From: Escherichia phage AV108
Strand: one strand, 5' to 3'
Sequence record: OR352938.1
Length of the DNA stretch: 64,000 nt
The notes under the pieces were generated by a model. That model saw nothing but the letters and a program-made list of their open reading frames with translations. It was not told the DNA's origin and made no database searches. The position numbers and the translations under genes are program-made. Below are positions 63,009-64,000 of the stretch, in pieces. The stretch's first letter is position 1. Each line of letters starts with the position of its first letter.

Positions 63009-63236
63009 CTATTCAGTTAATCCGTAATACTTTAATTGCTTCATTGTTATTCGATCTTTGTAGTGCTCTTGAATTAACTTTTTCATCGCATCAACATCGA
63101 TCGTCACAAATACTTCGTTGCTGTGATTTCCGTGAACTTTCTTGAAATGCTCTATGCCTTCCTCACGTTCACGTTTAATCTTTTCAATGTCTCTCATAGT
63201 ATATTTCTCACGTTGGCGGGTATCGTCACCCAACAC
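63009..63236 (-). CDS. hypothetical protein
   Basis: 75-aa ORF, the only gene between 43 and uvsX; hairpin GGCGGGT-N13-ACCCGCC at 63215-63241. Confidence 0.4.
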   Translation of the reverse strand: MLGDDTRQREKYTMRDIEKIKREREEGIEHFKKVHGNHSNEVFVTIDVDAMKKLIQEHYKDRITMKQLKYYGLTE

Positions 63237-63258
63237 CCGCCATTATACACACTTTATC

Positions 63259-64000
63259 TTAAATGTCAAACAGGTCAGTCAGAGAAGCAACTTTTTCATA
63301 TTGCAGCTTTGCAGCCGTGGTAATGTTCTCCAGTGGTTTGACGAAAGTCTTATTAAACAACAAAGGCCAGTCTAACCACTTTAACACCTCTGATTCAATT
63401 TCTGGTGGAATACGAGTACCAGACAACCAACCAAAACAGATTTCTCCAAACGGATTTCGATCTTTAAGCGGTACAATCATAACCTTCTCGCCTTCACGAA
63501 TCGGATCTAGTCCGAATTTTCGAGCATTACGATTATAACACAATACACTCTTAACCGCATACGGACAACCCTTAATCGGATACCCGTTTGAATCGCTGTA
63601 TTTCTGTAGGTTGTTTGCAGATGATACCGCAGCAACCTCAAGATAGTCAAGTTTTCTAAACTCTTGCTCAAAAATACCGTAGTATTCCTGCAATGACTCT
63701 TCCCCTTCCTGCAACATACGGCGAATACATTCTTTCAGTGATTTCTGACATGCTTTAGGGGTAGAGCTACGTTGCGTTTCCAATCCCATGATTTTTAGCT
63801 TAGGTTCAGCAAAGCGCGTTCCTTCCATATCCCAAACATTAAGAGCATAGCGTTTTTTACCCGTCCAGAATCCACCGATACCCGCAGATTTCAACGGAGG
63901 ACCAGCAATTGCCTCACGGTCCATAAACATCAAGTGCTCGTAGTTGTTCATGTACTCGCATAACTCGCGATATCCCTTGTCGATAATAGGTTCCATTCGA
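63259..64000 (-). CDS. 43: DNA polymerase, C-terminal part (5' end outside the window)
   Basis: matches the recalled T4 gp43 C-terminus (GIGGFWTGKKRYALNVWDMEGTR, AEPKLKIMGLETQ, NPFGE) ending in a clamp-binding-type tail KVASLTDLFDI. Confidence 0.85.
   Translation of the reverse strand, partial: RMEPIIDKGYRELCEYMNNYEHLMFMDREAIAGPPLKSAGIGGFWTGKKRYALNVWDMEGTRFAEPKLKIMGLETQRSSTPKACQKSLKECIRRMLQEGEESLQEYYGIFEQEFRKLDYLEVAAVSSANNLQKYSDSNGYPIKGCPYAVKSVLCYNRNARKFGLDPIREGEKVMIVPLKDRNPFGEICFGWLSGTRIPPEIESEVLKWLDWPLLFNKTFVKPLENITTAAKLQYEKVASLTDLFDI

Noticed and set aside
1-64000. CRISPR arrays, tRNA genes or rRNA
   Set aside because: No regularly spaced direct repeats with unique spacers and no tRNA-like structures seen by eye in the intergenic regions; the repeated elements present are promoter cassettes and hairpins

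Overview
This window is a segment of a T4-like (Tevenvirinae-type) myovirus genome. Gene content and order follow the T4 map: on the minus strand 43(3' end)-uvsX-41-61-56-dda-dexA-39-rIIA-rIIB-52, then a plus-strand late module 34-35-36-37-t, then on the minus strand rnh-59-32-frd-td-nrdA-nrdB-rnlA-pseT-cd-31-30. All protein identifications were made by eye from motifs and from recalled T4 protein sequences; no database search was run. Gene starts were refined where an in-frame ATG with a GGAG-type ribosome binding site (RBS) was visible, so some coordinates differ from the six-frame ORF track. Between the conserved core genes lie dense arrays of small early genes, each fed by a repeated sigma70-type promoter cassette with a palindromic spacer. 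Accessory content that stands out: a tandem family of small paralogous proteins, a five-gene operon containing a DUF262-like protein and a compact C5-methyltransferase-like protein, a four-repeat Cys/His protein next to gene 32, NADAR-like and CYTH-like proteins, a secreted DUF1311 protein, several HNH and GIY-YIG endonucleases, and a dda helicase whose essential C-terminal motif sits in the -1 frame. No tRNA, CRISPR array or self-splicing intron was recognised.
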